DNA of 64,000 nt. It comes from Dehalococcoidia bacterium. Lineage in GTDB: Bacteria > Chloroflexota > Dehalococcoidia > Plut-88900. The notes beneath the pieces are model-generated. The model had not been told where the DNA came from, made no database searches, and was given only the letters and a program-made list of their open reading frames with translations. Shown here piece by piece: positions 30,344-40,308 of the stretch. The stretch is taken from positions 448,001-512,000 of the forward strand of contig CBDBLV010000005.1 in the NCBI GenBank assembly GCA_965207225.1, read 5' to 3'. Every line of letters starts with the position of its first letter. Positions within the stretch are counted from its first letter, which is position 1. The position numbers were made by a program, and so were the translations under genes.

Positions 30344-30642
30344 AGGTCGTGGTTGTAGTAGACGCTGACGTCGTAGTCCTCCAGGATCGGGGGCTCCGCC
30401 CATACGTCTCCCATCGTCCTCATCTGCTGGGCGTAGTACCCGTCCGTATTCCGCTCAATCACCTGCTCCTTGGTCTCCCAGATGGTGATGGAGAACCCTT
30501 TCCCCGTGTCGGGATTGGTCAGCAATATCCCCATCTTGTACCCTTCGGTCCTCTTTGAGTTATCGATGGATTCTTCGTAGCGTCTCACAGCCTCCGCAGC
30601 TGTTTCTGGCTTTACCTTCAGGGTGACTACTCTCGCGTGCAT
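30340..30642 (-). CDS. Antibiotic-biosynthesis-monooxygenase (ABM) fold protein
   Basis: MHARVVTLKVKP..GKGFSITIWET; GGAGG RBS. Confidence 0.75.
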   Translation of the reverse strand: MHARVVTLKVKPETAAEAVRRYEESIDNSKRTEGYKMGILLTNPDTGKGFSITIWETKEQVIERNTDGYYAQQMRTMGDVWAEPPILEDYDVSVYYNHDL

Positions 30643-30667
30643 AGGTTGACCTCCGGGGCAAAAGTAA

Positions 30668-30766
30668 TGGCGGGAGCGGGAGGGAGTCGAACCCACCGTG
30701 GACGCCGAAGGGAGCCCACCGGACGGATTTGAAGTCCGCGGAGCCCACCGGGACCCATCCGCTCCC
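30668..30766 (-). tRNA. selC: tRNA-Sec (anticodon UCA)
   Basis: 8-bp acceptor stem GGGAGCGG/CCGCTCCC, anticodon arm GCGGA-CTTCAAA-TCCGT, long variable arm, GTTCGACTC T-loop, 3' GCCA; 99 nt. Confidence 0.95.
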
Positions 30767-30867
30767 GAGGCGGGCGGTTGATTCTAACACAGGCAAAAGA
30801 GGGCCGGGGCCCGACTCACGTCGATTGCCCCGGCCTGCTCTTTGCTTCTTCAGTTTTGAAATGTTGG

Positions 30868-31194
30868 CTAGGCCAGCACCGACTCCACCTTCTTCACCAG
30901 CTCTCGCTTCGGTACTGCTCCGACCACCGTCTCTGCCACCGCCCCGTCCTTGAAGAACATAACGGTCGGTATGCTGCGGATGCGGTATCCCGTGGTGACC
31001 TCCGGGGCATCATCCACGTTCAGCTTGGCGAACTGCATCTTGCCTTCGTATTCGGAGGCGAGTTCCTCAACTATCGGCGCAATCATCCGGCATGGCCCGC
31101 ACCACGGGGCCCAGAAGTCCACCAGGACCGGCACGTCCGACTCCAGCACTTCCTTCTGCCAGCTCTCGTCTCCTACTTCTATCGGCTTGCCCAT
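30868..31194 (-). CDS. trxA: Thioredoxin
   Basis: VDFWAPWCGPC, IRSIPT. Confidence 0.97.
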   Translation of the reverse strand: MGKPIEVGDESWQKEVLESDVPVLVDFWAPWCGPCRMIAPIVEELASEYEGKMQFAKLNVDDAPEVTTGYRIRSIPTVMFFKDGAVAETVVGAVPKRELVKKVESVLA

Positions 31195-31275
31195 TTCTTT
31201 CCTCCGGGTATATGACATGGCGCCTTCCCATGTTCTCGGCGCCCTATTTACCTATTGTCGGCTAGAGAAATTATA

Positions 31276-32673
31276 TCACAGGCTGTCCCCGACCCCCGAC
31301 TGAAACCACGGAAACTCTCCAACCATCACCCCCACCGCCCCGCCCGACTCCGATACTATGAGCAGCACCTTGTCCTCCTCCAACGCCACATAAACGCTCC
31401 TTTCCTCCGAGTCCCACCGCCGCACCCCTTCCCCCGAGACAGTGACCTCCCCCGGTTCGCTCCTCGGCGCCTCGTAGTACGAGACTACAGCATCGAAAAA
31501 GTCCTGCGCATCCTCACCCGAGTCCCATACGGAAAGCGACACCAACGCCGACTCATCAAGCTCCTCGTTGCGTACCAGGGAGTAGGCGTCGCCACCCCAG
31601 AATTCCGCCGCGTTCGCAGCCCTGAATCTCGGCAGCCGGTTCTCCAGGTATAGGGAGATCACAAACTCGCCCAGCACTCCCTTCTCCACGACCTCCCACC
31701 CACCCCCGAGGGCCGAGGCCAGCGCCGGCATCCGCACCGTCACCGGCTCTTCCCTCTCGAAGTACTTGTCGGGGTGCAGGATTTGCTCAGTGGACAGCGG
31801 CGGGTCCGAGTAGGCCGCATCAACCGACTCCCAGCCTCCATCGCCATGCACCACCGCTGCAAACCTTGCCCCTTCCCTGTAGGGAAATACCAGCAACTCT
31901 CTCAGGGCCCGTGGAATTTCCGAGAGGCCGGTGCCACCCCCTCCCGACGAATACACCTGCCTGATCTCCGACCGTGTCAAATGGGCCCTTAGGTATTCCG
32001 CCGCAGCCAGCACTGCGTCCCCCTCCACCAGCGCAACCTTCGCCCGGGCCAGGTCCCCATTCTCTTCGTCCTCCGGGAGAAATGCGTCCAGGTCGAAGGT
32101 CTGGTCTTGGAGTGCATGTACAATTTCATGGGCCAGTGTGTGCTTTGCCGCTGGGTTGGGCCTGTCCCCGTCACTGAGTACAAACATCTCGCCCGTGTCC
32201 GTGTCGTAGTACCCCACCACCGACCCTGCGTACAGGTCTGCAAACACCTCCTTAAGGTCCGTATCCGGCTCTATGAAGTCCAGCAGCGCGAACAACTCCG
32301 CCTCAATATCTGCCTCCTCCTGTGTATAGTTCTCTTCGATGTTCTGCCTGATGTTCTCCGCCATCTGCTCGGATGAGATAAAGAACGTGGGTGTCTCTTC
32401 TACCATCGCCAGCCCCCTCAGCCCCGACACCTGCTCAGTGATCCGCCGCACCACCTCATCGGTTGCCTCTGGCACCGGCGTAGGCGTCGCCGAAGGGACC
32501 GGTGTTGGGGATGGCGTGGTAGTCGGTACAGCGGATGCCAGAGTCATGGCAGTCGCCGTTGCCGCAGGCTCGGGGCTTGGCGATGACGGAGTCTCCCGCT
32601 CACACGCCCATACCAGTGCACCAAGCGCGAATGCGGCCGCAATGAGTATGGTGACGCTCGGTTTGAACTTCAT
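31276..32673 (-). CDS. Lipoprotein with HExxH zincin-like domain
   Basis: Lipobox VWAC, PT-rich linker, LAHEIVHALQDQ, LVEGDA, FPY.EG, PPLSTEQILHP. Confidence 0.75.
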   Translation of the reverse strand: MKFKPSVTILIAAAFALGALVWACERETPSSPSPEPAATATAMTLASAVPTTTPSPTPVPSATPTPVPEATDEVVRRITEQVSGLRGLAMVEETPTFFISSEQMAENIRQNIEENYTQEEADIEAELFALLDFIEPDTDLKEVFADLYAGSVVGYYDTDTGEMFVLSDGDRPNPAAKHTLAHEIVHALQDQTFDLDAFLPEDEENGDLARAKVALVEGDAVLAAAEYLRAHLTRSEIRQVYSSGGGGTGLSEIPRALRELLVFPYREGARFAAVVHGDGGWESVDAAYSDPPLSTEQILHPDKYFEREEPVTVRMPALASALGGGWEVVEKGVLGEFVISLYLENRLPRFRAANAAEFWGGDAYSLVRNEELDESALVSLSVWDSGEDAQDFFDAVVSYYEAPRSEPGEVTVSGEGVRRWDSEERSVYVALEEDKVLLIVSESGGAVGVMVGEFPWFQSGVGDSL

Positions 32674-32737
32674 GACAGTGACAAGTCCCGCCGGGGTCTG
32701 GGCCTTCAGACATCTAAACGAAATTCCGACAGGTAGG

Positions 32738-33340
32738 TTAGACTAGCCCAAGCCCCCACATCGCAACCCCCGACACCGGAGGCACAGTCAAATTGTCGTC
32801 CACCGGGCTCGGCAGAAGCTCCACCAGCGCCCCCACCCCAGCCCCTCCCAGCGCCACCCAGTAGGGCATGTCCAGGCCGGCTGCAATTAAAGCACACCCC
32901 GCCCCCCCGGCCCCGACTGCAAACGCCAACGTCCCCTCCACCGACTTGCTTCCTATCTTCACCCGGCCGTATCGCTTTCCCACCACCCCCGCCAGCGGGT
33001 CCCCGACTGCAATGTACACAAGGGCCAGAATCGCTATCTCTTTGTCGAAAAACAGGAAGACCATGAGACTGGCCGCCGCCATGTAGGTGCTCCCCAGCAC
33101 CCGACTCGACTCCGACTCTTTCAGTAGTACCGACGTCTGGGCCATAAACCACTCGTTCAGCCTTGGAAACCGCCGTCGGGACAGCTCCAGGACAATCGCA
33201 GTCCCGGTGAGCGATGCAGTGATCGCTATCATCACCTCGCGCTCCAGCCCCAATGCCATCAGTGCCACCGCGGCGGTTGTCACGACATGAAATATGCGGC
33301 GGTGAATCCTGGGCCCGGACTTGACGTCTGAAGCTGGCAT
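32738..33340 (-). CDS. Polyprenol/diacylglycerol kinase family (dolichol/phytol kinase-like)
   Basis: RRIFH, GDPLAGVVGKRYG, KSVEG, DDNLTVP. Confidence 0.88.
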   Translation of the reverse strand: MPASDVKSGPRIHRRIFHVVTTAAVALMALGLEREVMIAITASLTGTAIVLELSRRRFPRLNEWFMAQTSVLLKESESSRVLGSTYMAAASLMVFLFFDKEIAILALVYIAVGDPLAGVVGKRYGRVKIGSKSVEGTLAFAVGAGGAGCALIAAGLDMPYWVALGGAGVGALVELLPSPVDDNLTVPPVSGVAMWGLGLV

Positions 33341-33354
33341 TAATCGTCAGGGAA

Positions 33355-33735
33355 TCAAGTGCCCCGGACCCGGGCCTCAACCCCGTCCAATGCAGACTTC
33401 AGCGCATCTATCGCCAGCACGGCCGAGTGCAGCTTGGCCGGCGGTATCCCGTCCAGCGCCTCGGCTATGTCGTGCCGTGTCAACGCCCGCGCCTCCCCCA
33501 CCGACATCCCCGCCACCAGCTCCGTGGTCACACTGCTCGCCGCAATCGATGCACTGCACCCCAGCGTCTGAAAGCTCGCCTCCTCGATCCTCTCACCCAC
33601 CATCTTAAGGTAAAGTGTCATCGTGTCCCCGCACACCTCGTTCTTCTCTGTCCCAACGCCCTCCGCATCCTCGATCACGCCCACGTTTCGCGGGTTGTTG
33701 AAGTGGTCTAGGAAAGTCTTGCTGTACCGGGGCAC
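33355..33735 (-). CDS. IscU/NifU-N-like Fe-S scaffold (third Cys absent)
   Basis: LDHFNNPRNVG, VCGD, GCSASIAASS, KLHSAVL. Confidence 0.88.
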   Translation of the reverse strand: MPRYSKTFLDHFNNPRNVGVIEDAEGVGTEKNEVCGDTMTLYLKMVGERIEEASFQTLGCSASIAASSVTTELVAGMSVGEARALTRHDIAEALDGIPPAKLHSAVLAIDALKSALDGVEARVRGT

Positions 33736-33736
33736 G

Positions 33737-34912
33737 TCACCCCACCCCCGACACCCTTCGAAGCCTCTCCACTATCCCTGGCAGAACCTCCAGCACCCTG
33801 TCGATGTCCCGGTCCTCGTTCCCCTTCCCCACCGTCAGGCGCAGGCTCCCGACCGCCCTCTCTGCCGGCACCCCCATCGCCGTCAGTACGTGCGACGGGT
33901 CCAGAGACCCCGACGTACAAGCGCTCCCGCTCGACGCCGATATCCCCTCCATGTCCAGCCCCACCAGGATCGACTCCCCAGCCACACCGTCGATGCAAAA
34001 GTTGGCGTTGTTCGGGAGACGCTCCGTCGGGTGTCCGTTCAGCGTCGAGTTCGGCACCTTGCTCAAAATGCCCTGGATCAACCTGTCCCTCATGGCCTTG
34101 CAGTGCTCGTTATTCTCCCCCTGCTCCTCCACCGCCAGCCTCAGCGCCTCCGCCGCCCCGACTATCAGCGGGATGTTCTCCGTCCCCGCCCGACGGTTCC
34201 CCTCCTGGCTCCCCCCGTACTGGAAAGGCCTGAACGGCGTCCCGTTGCGCACGTACAGGATCCCGACCCCCTTCGGCCCATAGAACTTGTGCGCCGCCAG
34301 CGTCAGCATGTCCACGCCTAGCCTGTCCACGTTCAGGTCTAGCACACCCCCCGCCTGCGCCGCATCAGTGTGAAGCACCACCCTTCGCCCGAGAACCGCT
34401 GCCCGCTCCTTCACCGCCTCCCCTATCTCCAAAATCGGCTCTATCGTACCCACCTCATTGTTCGCCAGCATGATCGACACCACGTTCGTTCGCTCGGACA
34501 CCGCCTCCGCCACTTGTTCCGGCTCTACCGTCCCGTACTCGTCCACGCCCAGGTACGTCGTCTCGAACCCGAAGTCGTCTAGCGACTCACACGCATGCAA
34601 GACCGCATGGTGCTCTATCGCCGACGTAACTATGTGGTCCCCCGACTCCTTCTGCCCCAAGGCCGCCCCGGCTATCGCCGCGTTGTCCGCCTCCGTGGCC
34701 CCGCCCGTGAATATCACCTCCTCCGGCGAACATCCGAGAATCCCGGCCACCTTCTCCCGGGCCTCTTCCAGCGCCCCTTGGCTCGTCTGCGAGATCGCAT
34801 ACACCCCCGACGCATTCCCAAAATGCTCCGAAAAGTAAGGCAGCATCGCCTCCAGCACCCGGGGGTCGACCGGCGTCGTAGCTGCATGGTCCAGGTATAT
34901 CTGACGCTTCAT
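33737..34912 (-). CDS. iscS: Cysteine desulfurase (IscS/NifS group I)
   Basis: YLDHAATTP, HTDAAQ, AHKFYGPKG, SSGSACTS. Confidence 0.95.
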   Translation of the reverse strand: MKRQIYLDHAATTPVDPRVLEAMLPYFSEHFGNASGVYAISQTSQGALEEAREKVAGILGCSPEEVIFTGGATEADNAAIAGAALGQKESGDHIVTSAIEHHAVLHACESLDDFGFETTYLGVDEYGTVEPEQVAEAVSERTNVVSIMLANNEVGTIEPILEIGEAVKERAAVLGRRVVLHTDAAQAGGVLDLNVDRLGVDMLTLAAHKFYGPKGVGILYVRNGTPFRPFQYGGSQEGNRRAGTENIPLIVGAAEALRLAVEEQGENNEHCKAMRDRLIQGILSKVPNSTLNGHPTERLPNNANFCIDGVAGESILVGLDMEGISASSGSACTSGSLDPSHVLTAMGVPAERAVGSLRLTVGKGNEDRDIDRVLEVLPGIVERLRRVSGVG

Positions 34913-34919
34913 TTCTTAC

Positions 34920-35840
34920 CTACGACCGTGATAGCCCCACTTCAATAACCCCAACAATCTGTGAGTCCCGCGTCACGAACGCCCTGTGCACACCGTTCTC
35001 CCGCATGAAGTCCAGTATCGCCAGGGCGTTTACCTCTGCCGGGACCTGCGGCGCGTCGGGAGGCGCAGGGGCCCCAGTGTACGGAGACATCACCTGGTAC
35101 GCCGAGAATCGGCTGATCGCCTCCCTCGTCCTCGCTGCCTTGTAGTTCGCTACCGCCATCTGCAGCATCCAGAACCCTATGAACCCCAGCCACAGCCCGC
35201 TCAGCCATTCCCCCAGGAAGTAGATGAGGCTCACGCCCCCGGTACACACCATCAGCGCCACCCCGACCCCACCCAATGACGCAATGACAGTCCCCTTCTC
35301 CCGGCTATGCGTGACCGCCCACACCCCCGACCTCACAAGCTGGCCCCCGTCCAAAGGCAGACCCGGCATCAGGTTGAAGATGGCCAGTATCGCATTTGCC
35401 CCGAGCAGGTACGCCCCCAGCACTTCCACGTATTCGTTGCTTGGCCCTATCAGGTAGAGGTACACGAACAACCCCGCCCCGATCACCAGGTTTGTCCCAG
35501 GCCCGACTATCGATATCAGCGCCTCCGTCCGCGGCCTGTCCGCCGACTTTGTCAGATGCGCCACCCCCCCGAACAGCCACAATGTGATGCTCTGCACCGG
35601 AATCCCGTGCAGCTTAGCCATCAGGCTGTGCGCAAGCTCGTGCAGCAATATCGATGCGAAGAACAGAAGCGTGTACACCCCAGCCACCGTCCACACCTCC
35701 ACCGCCGACCAGTGAGGGAATCTGTTCGGTAGGTGGTACACCCCGCCCGGGATAAGCAGAATAGCGAAGATTATCAGCCAGGTGATCTCAATCCTGACCG
35801 GAATCCCGAATACCCGCGCAATTGTCAGTGAGCCACTCAT
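34920..35840 (-). CDS. Site-2 protease (M50) with a short CBS-like tail
   Basis: LLHELAH, FGGVA, GP..N, FNLMPGLPLDGG. Confidence 0.92.
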   Translation of the reverse strand: MSGSLTIARVFGIPVRIEITWLIIFAILLIPGGVYHLPNRFPHWSAVEVWTVAGVYTLLFFASILLHELAHSLMAKLHGIPVQSITLWLFGGVAHLTKSADRPRTEALISIVGPGTNLVIGAGLFVYLYLIGPSNEYVEVLGAYLLGANAILAIFNLMPGLPLDGGQLVRSGVWAVTHSREKGTVIASLGGVGVALMVCTGGVSLIYFLGEWLSGLWLGFIGFWMLQMAVANYKAARTREAISRFSAYQVMSPYTGAPAPPDAPQVPAEVNALAILDFMRENGVHRAFVTRDSQIVGVIEVGLSRS

Positions 35841-35985
35841 CTTATGTAGGGGGTGCTTCCAGTTTCATTATACAACTGGGTAATGGGGATTCAGGTTAAT
35901 TGGCTCCCACCCCCGACCCTCCCACCCCGTATGCTATACTCACCCCTTGAATCCGACCCTTATTCCTTCCTGCTGACCAACCGCC

Positions 35986-37215
35986 ATGCGAGCCGAAATC
36001 GTTTCCATCGGCACCGAGATCCTCCTCGGTGAAATCACCGACCTTAACGCCCCTTACCTCGCTTCCCAGCTTCCCCTCCTCGGCATCGACCTCTACCGCA
36101 TCCATCAGCTCGGCGACAACCGCGACCGCCTCGTCGAGACCTTCCGCGCCATCTGGTCCCGAGCTGACCTGATCCTCACCACCGGAGGACTCGGCCCTAC
36201 CCAGGACGACGTCACCCGCGAAGCCGTCGCCAAACTGGTCGGCGAGGAGATGAAGGTAGACGCCGACCTGGAGGTCCAGCTTCGCGCCTTCTTCCAGAAC
36301 CGCAACTACCCCATGCCCCTCTCCAACCTCAAGCAGGCCACCCTCATACCCTCCGCCCGACCCATCTACAATCCTCGCGGCACGGCGCCCGGCTGGTGGG
36401 TCGAAAGCGGCGACAAACGGGTCGTCTGTATGCCCGGCCCTCCCGGCGAGATGCAGCGCATGTGGAACAAGGAGGTCTCCCCGGAGCTCAAGAAGCTGGT
36501 CGCGGGTGGCGTCCTCGTCTCCCGCACCGTCAAGACCTTCGGCCTCAGCGAAGGTGGCCTCGACGAAATGGTCGCGTCCCTCCTCTCTTCCCGGAACCCG
36601 ACCATCGGCGTCTACGCTAAGGACGATGGTATCCACCTCCGCATAACCGCCAAGGCCGACGACGAACAGACCGCCTCGACACTCCTCAAGGACATGGAAG
36701 CCCGAGTCGACGATATCCTCGGCAAGTACATCTGGGGCAGAGATGAAGAGACCCTCGAAGGCAACGTCGGCAAGCTCCTCGAGTCCAAGGGCCTGACCCT
36801 CGCCGCCATGGAGTCCTGCAGCGGAGGCCTCCTCGCCCACATGGTAACCAATGTTCCCGGTAGCTCCGGGTACTTCAACGGCGGAGTCGTCTCCTACACC
36901 AACCCGGTTAAGATGGCCAACGGCGTCGACGCCGAAATCCTGGGGCGGCACGGCGCCATAAGCCGGGAAACCGCCAAAGCTATGGCCGACGCCTGCCGCA
37001 CCCGCAACAACGCCGACCTCGGCGTCGGCATCACCGGCGCCGCCGGCCCCAACCCCAGCGAAGGCAAAGACCCGGGCACCGTCTTCCTCGGCATATCCAC
37101 GAAGAATGGCACCCGTTCCGTAGATCTCAACCTCCCCGGCATCCGCGTCCTCGTCAAGCAAAGGGCCGCCATCGCAGCCCTTTACGAGCTTCAAAAAGAA
37201 CTTCACTCCCTGTAA
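35986..37215 (+). CDS. cinA: CinA / competence-damage protein (NMN amidohydrolase fusion)
   Basis: IGTEILLG, TTGGLGPTQDDVT, PGPPGEM, AMESCSGG. Confidence 0.95.
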   Translation: MRAEIVSIGTEILLGEITDLNAPYLASQLPLLGIDLYRIHQLGDNRDRLVETFRAIWSRADLILTTGGLGPTQDDVTREAVAKLVGEEMKVDADLEVQLRAFFQNRNYPMPLSNLKQATLIPSARPIYNPRGTAPGWWVESGDKRVVCMPGPPGEMQRMWNKEVSPELKKLVAGGVLVSRTVKTFGLSEGGLDEMVASLLSSRNPTIGVYAKDDGIHLRITAKADDEQTASTLLKDMEARVDDILGKYIWGRDEETLEGNVGKLLESKGLTLAAMESCSGGLLAHMVTNVPGSSGYFNGGVVSYTNPVKMANGVDAEILGRHGAISRETAKAMADACRTRNNADLGVGITGAAGPNPSEGKDPGTVFLGISTKNGTRSVDLNLPGIRVLVKQRAAIAALYELQKELHSL

Positions 37216-37248
37216 CCAAAGTCCCATTAGCCCCGAGAGGAGCCCCTC

Positions 37249-38343
37249 ATGAAAGCGGCAGTACTCTACGAACCCAACACCCCACTGGTTATCGAAGAGC
37301 TAGAACTTGACCCCCCAAGGGCCGGCGAAGTCAAGATCAAGGTCGGCGCGGCCGGCATCTGCCGCAGCGACCTCCACTTCATGCACGGCGACGCCAAGTG
37401 CCCGCTCCCCATCGTCCTCGGCCACGAGGCCGCTGGAACCGTTGAAGAGGTTGGCGAGGGCGTCACCTCCGTCGCCCCCGGCGACCGCGTGGTAATCGCC
37501 TTCGTGTCAACGTGTGGCAGGTGCGAAAACTGCGTCATAGGCAGGCCCAACCTCTGCCTCACCAGGGCCAAGTTCGTCATGTCTCAGTTCGATGGCACAA
37601 GCCGGCTCCGCAAGGGAGACACCAGCGTCGCCCAGTTTGACCAGATGTCCTGTTTCGCCTCCCATACCGTCGTCCCCGAGTCCGCCTGCATCCCCGCCCC
37701 CGACAACCTCCCCATGGAAATTGCCGCCTTCATCGGTTGCTGCACCACTACGGGAGTCGGGGCCGTTCTCTACAACGCAAAGGTAGAGGCCGATAGCACC
37801 GTCGCCGTCGTTGGATGTGGAGGCGTGGGCCTCAACGTCATCATGGGCGCCGTCCTCGCCAACGCCCGGCAGATCATCGCTGTCGACATAAACGAAGGCA
37901 AGCTGGAGTTCGCCATGAAGTTCGGCGCCACCCACTCTGTCAACCCGACCCAGCAGGACGCCGTGGAGCGGGTCAAGGAGCTCACTGGCGGCAGGGGCGT
38001 GGACTACGCCTTCGAAGTCTTCGGCTCCCCCGACACCGTTGAAATGTCCTACGAAATGACTAAGAAGGGCGGCACCGCCGTCGTGGTTGGTATCTCCCCC
38101 TGGGGCACCAAGGCCCCCATAGACCCCGTGGCCCTCGTCCGCGACGAAAAGGTCCTGAAGGGCTGCTACTACGGCTCCGCCCGCCTGAGCGCCGATATGC
38201 CCAAGCTCATCGACATGTACCTCGCCGGCAAGCTCCCCCTCGACGACCTCCTCGCCCGTCGCTACTCCCTCGACCAGATTAACGAAGCCTACGATGACCT
38301 GGAACGCGGCGAAATCGGCCGCGGCGTCATCACCCGGTTCTAG
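37249..38343 (+). CDS. Zn-dependent alcohol dehydrogenase (class III-like)
   Basis: GICRSD, GHEAAG, CGRCENC..C structural Zn site, GCGGVG. Confidence 0.93.
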   Translation: MKAAVLYEPNTPLVIEELELDPPRAGEVKIKVGAAGICRSDLHFMHGDAKCPLPIVLGHEAAGTVEEVGEGVTSVAPGDRVVIAFVSTCGRCENCVIGRPNLCLTRAKFVMSQFDGTSRLRKGDTSVAQFDQMSCFASHTVVPESACIPAPDNLPMEIAAFIGCCTTTGVGAVLYNAKVEADSTVAVVGCGGVGLNVIMGAVLANARQIIAVDINEGKLEFAMKFGATHSVNPTQQDAVERVKELTGGRGVDYAFEVFGSPDTVEMSYEMTKKGGTAVVVGISPWGTKAPIDPVALVRDEKVLKGCYYGSARLSADMPKLIDMYLAGKLPLDDLLARRYSLDQINEAYDDLERGEIGRGVITRF

Positions 38344-38517
38344 CCCTCCCCATCAAATCAGCACCCCCGGGAGCCCCCGACCCAACCGGGGCGGCGGCCT
38401 ACGCCCTGCTAGTCGTCACGTCCGCCCACCCCCACCCCTTCCATCCCCTTCGATTCCCATTCTGCATCATCTCGCTCCCCAAGCCGGAATCTACCCCGCG
38501 GGGCGCGGCGGGGTCTT

Positions 38518-38560
38518 CAGTCCCCTCTCCTTCGATGGGAGAGGGCTAGGGTGAGGGTGA
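38518..38560. repeat. Family C palindromic repeat
   Basis: CAGTCCCCTCTCCTTCGATGGGAGAGGGCTAGGGTGAGGGTGA; a further variant lies at 38788-38840. Confidence 0.7.
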
Positions 38561-38739
38561 TACGAGTGCCAAGAGATCAATTATTCAAAGCCCTCGAGAG
38601 GGCAGAGGGCTAGATCCTGTCCCAACGCCCCAATTTTCCCATCCCGATGCCCCGCGAGGGATCTGTCGCACCCCTCCCCCAACCCACTCCGTCTCTAGCC
38701 AACCACCTCCCTCCATCTCCTTCCCCCCAGTACCAAACT

Positions 38740-38785
38740 AGAGGCAGGCGCATGTGCTATGCACATGCGCCTGCCTCTGTTTTTT
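38740..38785 (+). terminator. Perfect 18-bp hairpin followed by a T tract
   Basis: AGAGGCAGGCGCATGTGC-TAT-GCACATGCGCCTGCCTCT then GTTTTTT. Confidence 0.65.
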
Positions 38786-38888
38786 CTCCCCCTCTCCCTT
38801 ACAGGCCCTAAGGGAGAGGGGGACCAAGGGGGTGAGGGTTCCCCCCCGGGCCCTGGGAGAAACTCCCCCAAAATGCTCCCAAAGCCTC

Positions 38889-38916
38889 TTGACTCCTGCC
38901 ATATACGTTCTATACT
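38889..38916 (+). promoter_or_regulatory. Putative sigma70 promoter
   Basis: TTGACT-16 nt-TATACT upstream of ORF 38931. Confidence 0.55.
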
Positions 38917-38930
38917 AACGTTCAGACCCA

Positions 38931-39989
38931 ATGTCTACATCCAAACTTCACAACAATCCATTGTCAATACATCATCGCCCCTCCAACGGGGCGTCCGCTC
39001 AAGAGGCGGCTGATCCCTCCCCGGGGCCCGACCTGTCCCCGGATGCCCGCGGCCCTGCACCGCGGAAGAACCCCCGAGGCCCGGCGTCCCCCGACGCACT
39101 CCTCCGGGCCCCGGATGCCTGCGGCAACCTACCGCAGAAGAAAACCCGCACCCCCGCCCCTGTACATCAGGAGCGCAGTCGACGCGGAAGACCGTACCCG
39201 CAAAACCGCGACGGGTCCGGTAAAGCCGGCCAAGCCGAAGGCTCGTTGCCGCGTCTGGCCCCCGAGGGCCGGGGCTTCGAGCAGGAGATAATTCTCCTAC
39301 GTTCCATGATCAACCGCCTCTTGAGCAGGCGCCCCCTCAATCACACCTACATATCCCGTTACATGCGGCTCCTCATCCAGGCCCAGTCCGCACAAACCAA
39401 AGCCCCCAAGGAGCTCACCGACGAACAGGAAGTCGACTCCCTGATCAAGAAGCTCTTCTACAAGAGGGTGGAAGACGGCCAACTCTCCTTCTTCGACCTC
39501 CTGCCCATACGCACCGCCCGGCCGGGCGAGAAATGGTGGCCCTGGAGACAGCTGATGTCCGTGGAAGAACGACGCCGGGACGGCCTCATCGGCCCCGAAG
39601 ACCGCTGGCCCCGAGAAGTGGACGAATACCTCGACCGTAAGGCAGCCCATGAAGCTGAAATGGCGGCCTTTGACGCAGAGACGTGGAGAGACATGGAAGC
39701 GGTCCTTGAAGGCATGTTCGCCCGTGACCCCGTCCTCAGCAACCTCCATGACCCGGACGAAGAATCCCCCGACCCCGATGACGACGATGATCCCAATGAC
39801 GACCCCAACCCCGGAAGTGGGGCCGCTCATGCTGAGGCCCTCGAAGTACGAGCGGGGGGAGGCCCGCGTCCCACCCATACATCACCCTATAACGAAGACT
39901 CGCCGCTTGAAATATCCGTCATTCCCGACTCCGATCGGGAATCCATCCCCGCCCCCCCTTCCCATTCCGATGCCCCGCGAGGAATCTGA
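38931..39989 (+). CDS. Hypothetical protein with disordered termini and repeat-derived C-terminus
   Basis: 352-aa ORF behind a promoter; helical core GFEQEIILLRSMINRLL; contains family B and A repeats in frame. Confidence 0.5.
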   Translation: MSTSKLHNNPLSIHHRPSNGASAQEAADPSPGPDLSPDARGPAPRKNPRGPASPDALLRAPDACGNLPQKKTRTPAPVHQERSRRGRPYPQNRDGSGKAGQAEGSLPRLAPEGRGFEQEIILLRSMINRLLSRRPLNHTYISRYMRLLIQAQSAQTKAPKELTDEQEVDSLIKKLFYKRVEDGQLSFFDLLPIRTARPGEKWWPWRQLMSVEERRRDGLIGPEDRWPREVDEYLDRKAAHEAEMAAFDAETWRDMEAVLEGMFARDPVLSNLHDPDEESPDPDDDDDPNDDPNPGSGAAHAEALEVRAGGGPRPTHTSPYNEDSPLEISVIPDSDRESIPAPPSHSDAPRGI

Positions 39990-40072
39990 CGCGCCCATAC
40001 CTGGACCAACCCCGTACCTTCCCACCCACACCCTTCCATCCGTCGTTCCTGCGGAGGCAGGAACCCATCCCC
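39824..40072. repeat. Cluster of family B (39824-39854) and family A (39918-39950, 40042-40072) repeats
   Basis: CGCTCATGCTGAGGCCCTCGAAGTACGAGCG; GTCATTCCCGACTCCGATCGGGAATCCATCCCC; GTCGTTCCTGCGGAGGCAGGAACCCATCCCC. Confidence 0.7.
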
Positions 40073-40308
40073 CTACCCCAACCCAGACTGGCCTGAACCC
40101 TCCACCCTGTCCACCTCTTAACCTTCCCGACGTAGACCCACCCCCCAACCCCAAACCCCGCATCGCCCGCGGCCGCCCCCCGCCCTGACCCAAATAACCC
40201 GCGCCAGAAACTGAATAACCGGGGTTGCCCTATCCCCTAACCGTCATCCCGCCCCCAGCAGGCCCGACCCACTCCGTGCTATCGTTCACGGTCTAGGTGT
40301 ACACCCTC

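Noticed and set aside
30340-30870. Integrated element at selC
   Set aside because: No integrase and no duplicated tRNA 3' end seen; flanks look native.
30868-31194. Selenoprotein near selC
   Set aside because: Thioredoxin has ordinary WCGPC; no in-frame TGA at a catalytic Cys position was noticed in the window.
38900-38925. LexA (GAAC-N4-GTTC) box over the promoter
   Set aside because: Only GTTC half-sites match; the left halves deviate at two or more positions.
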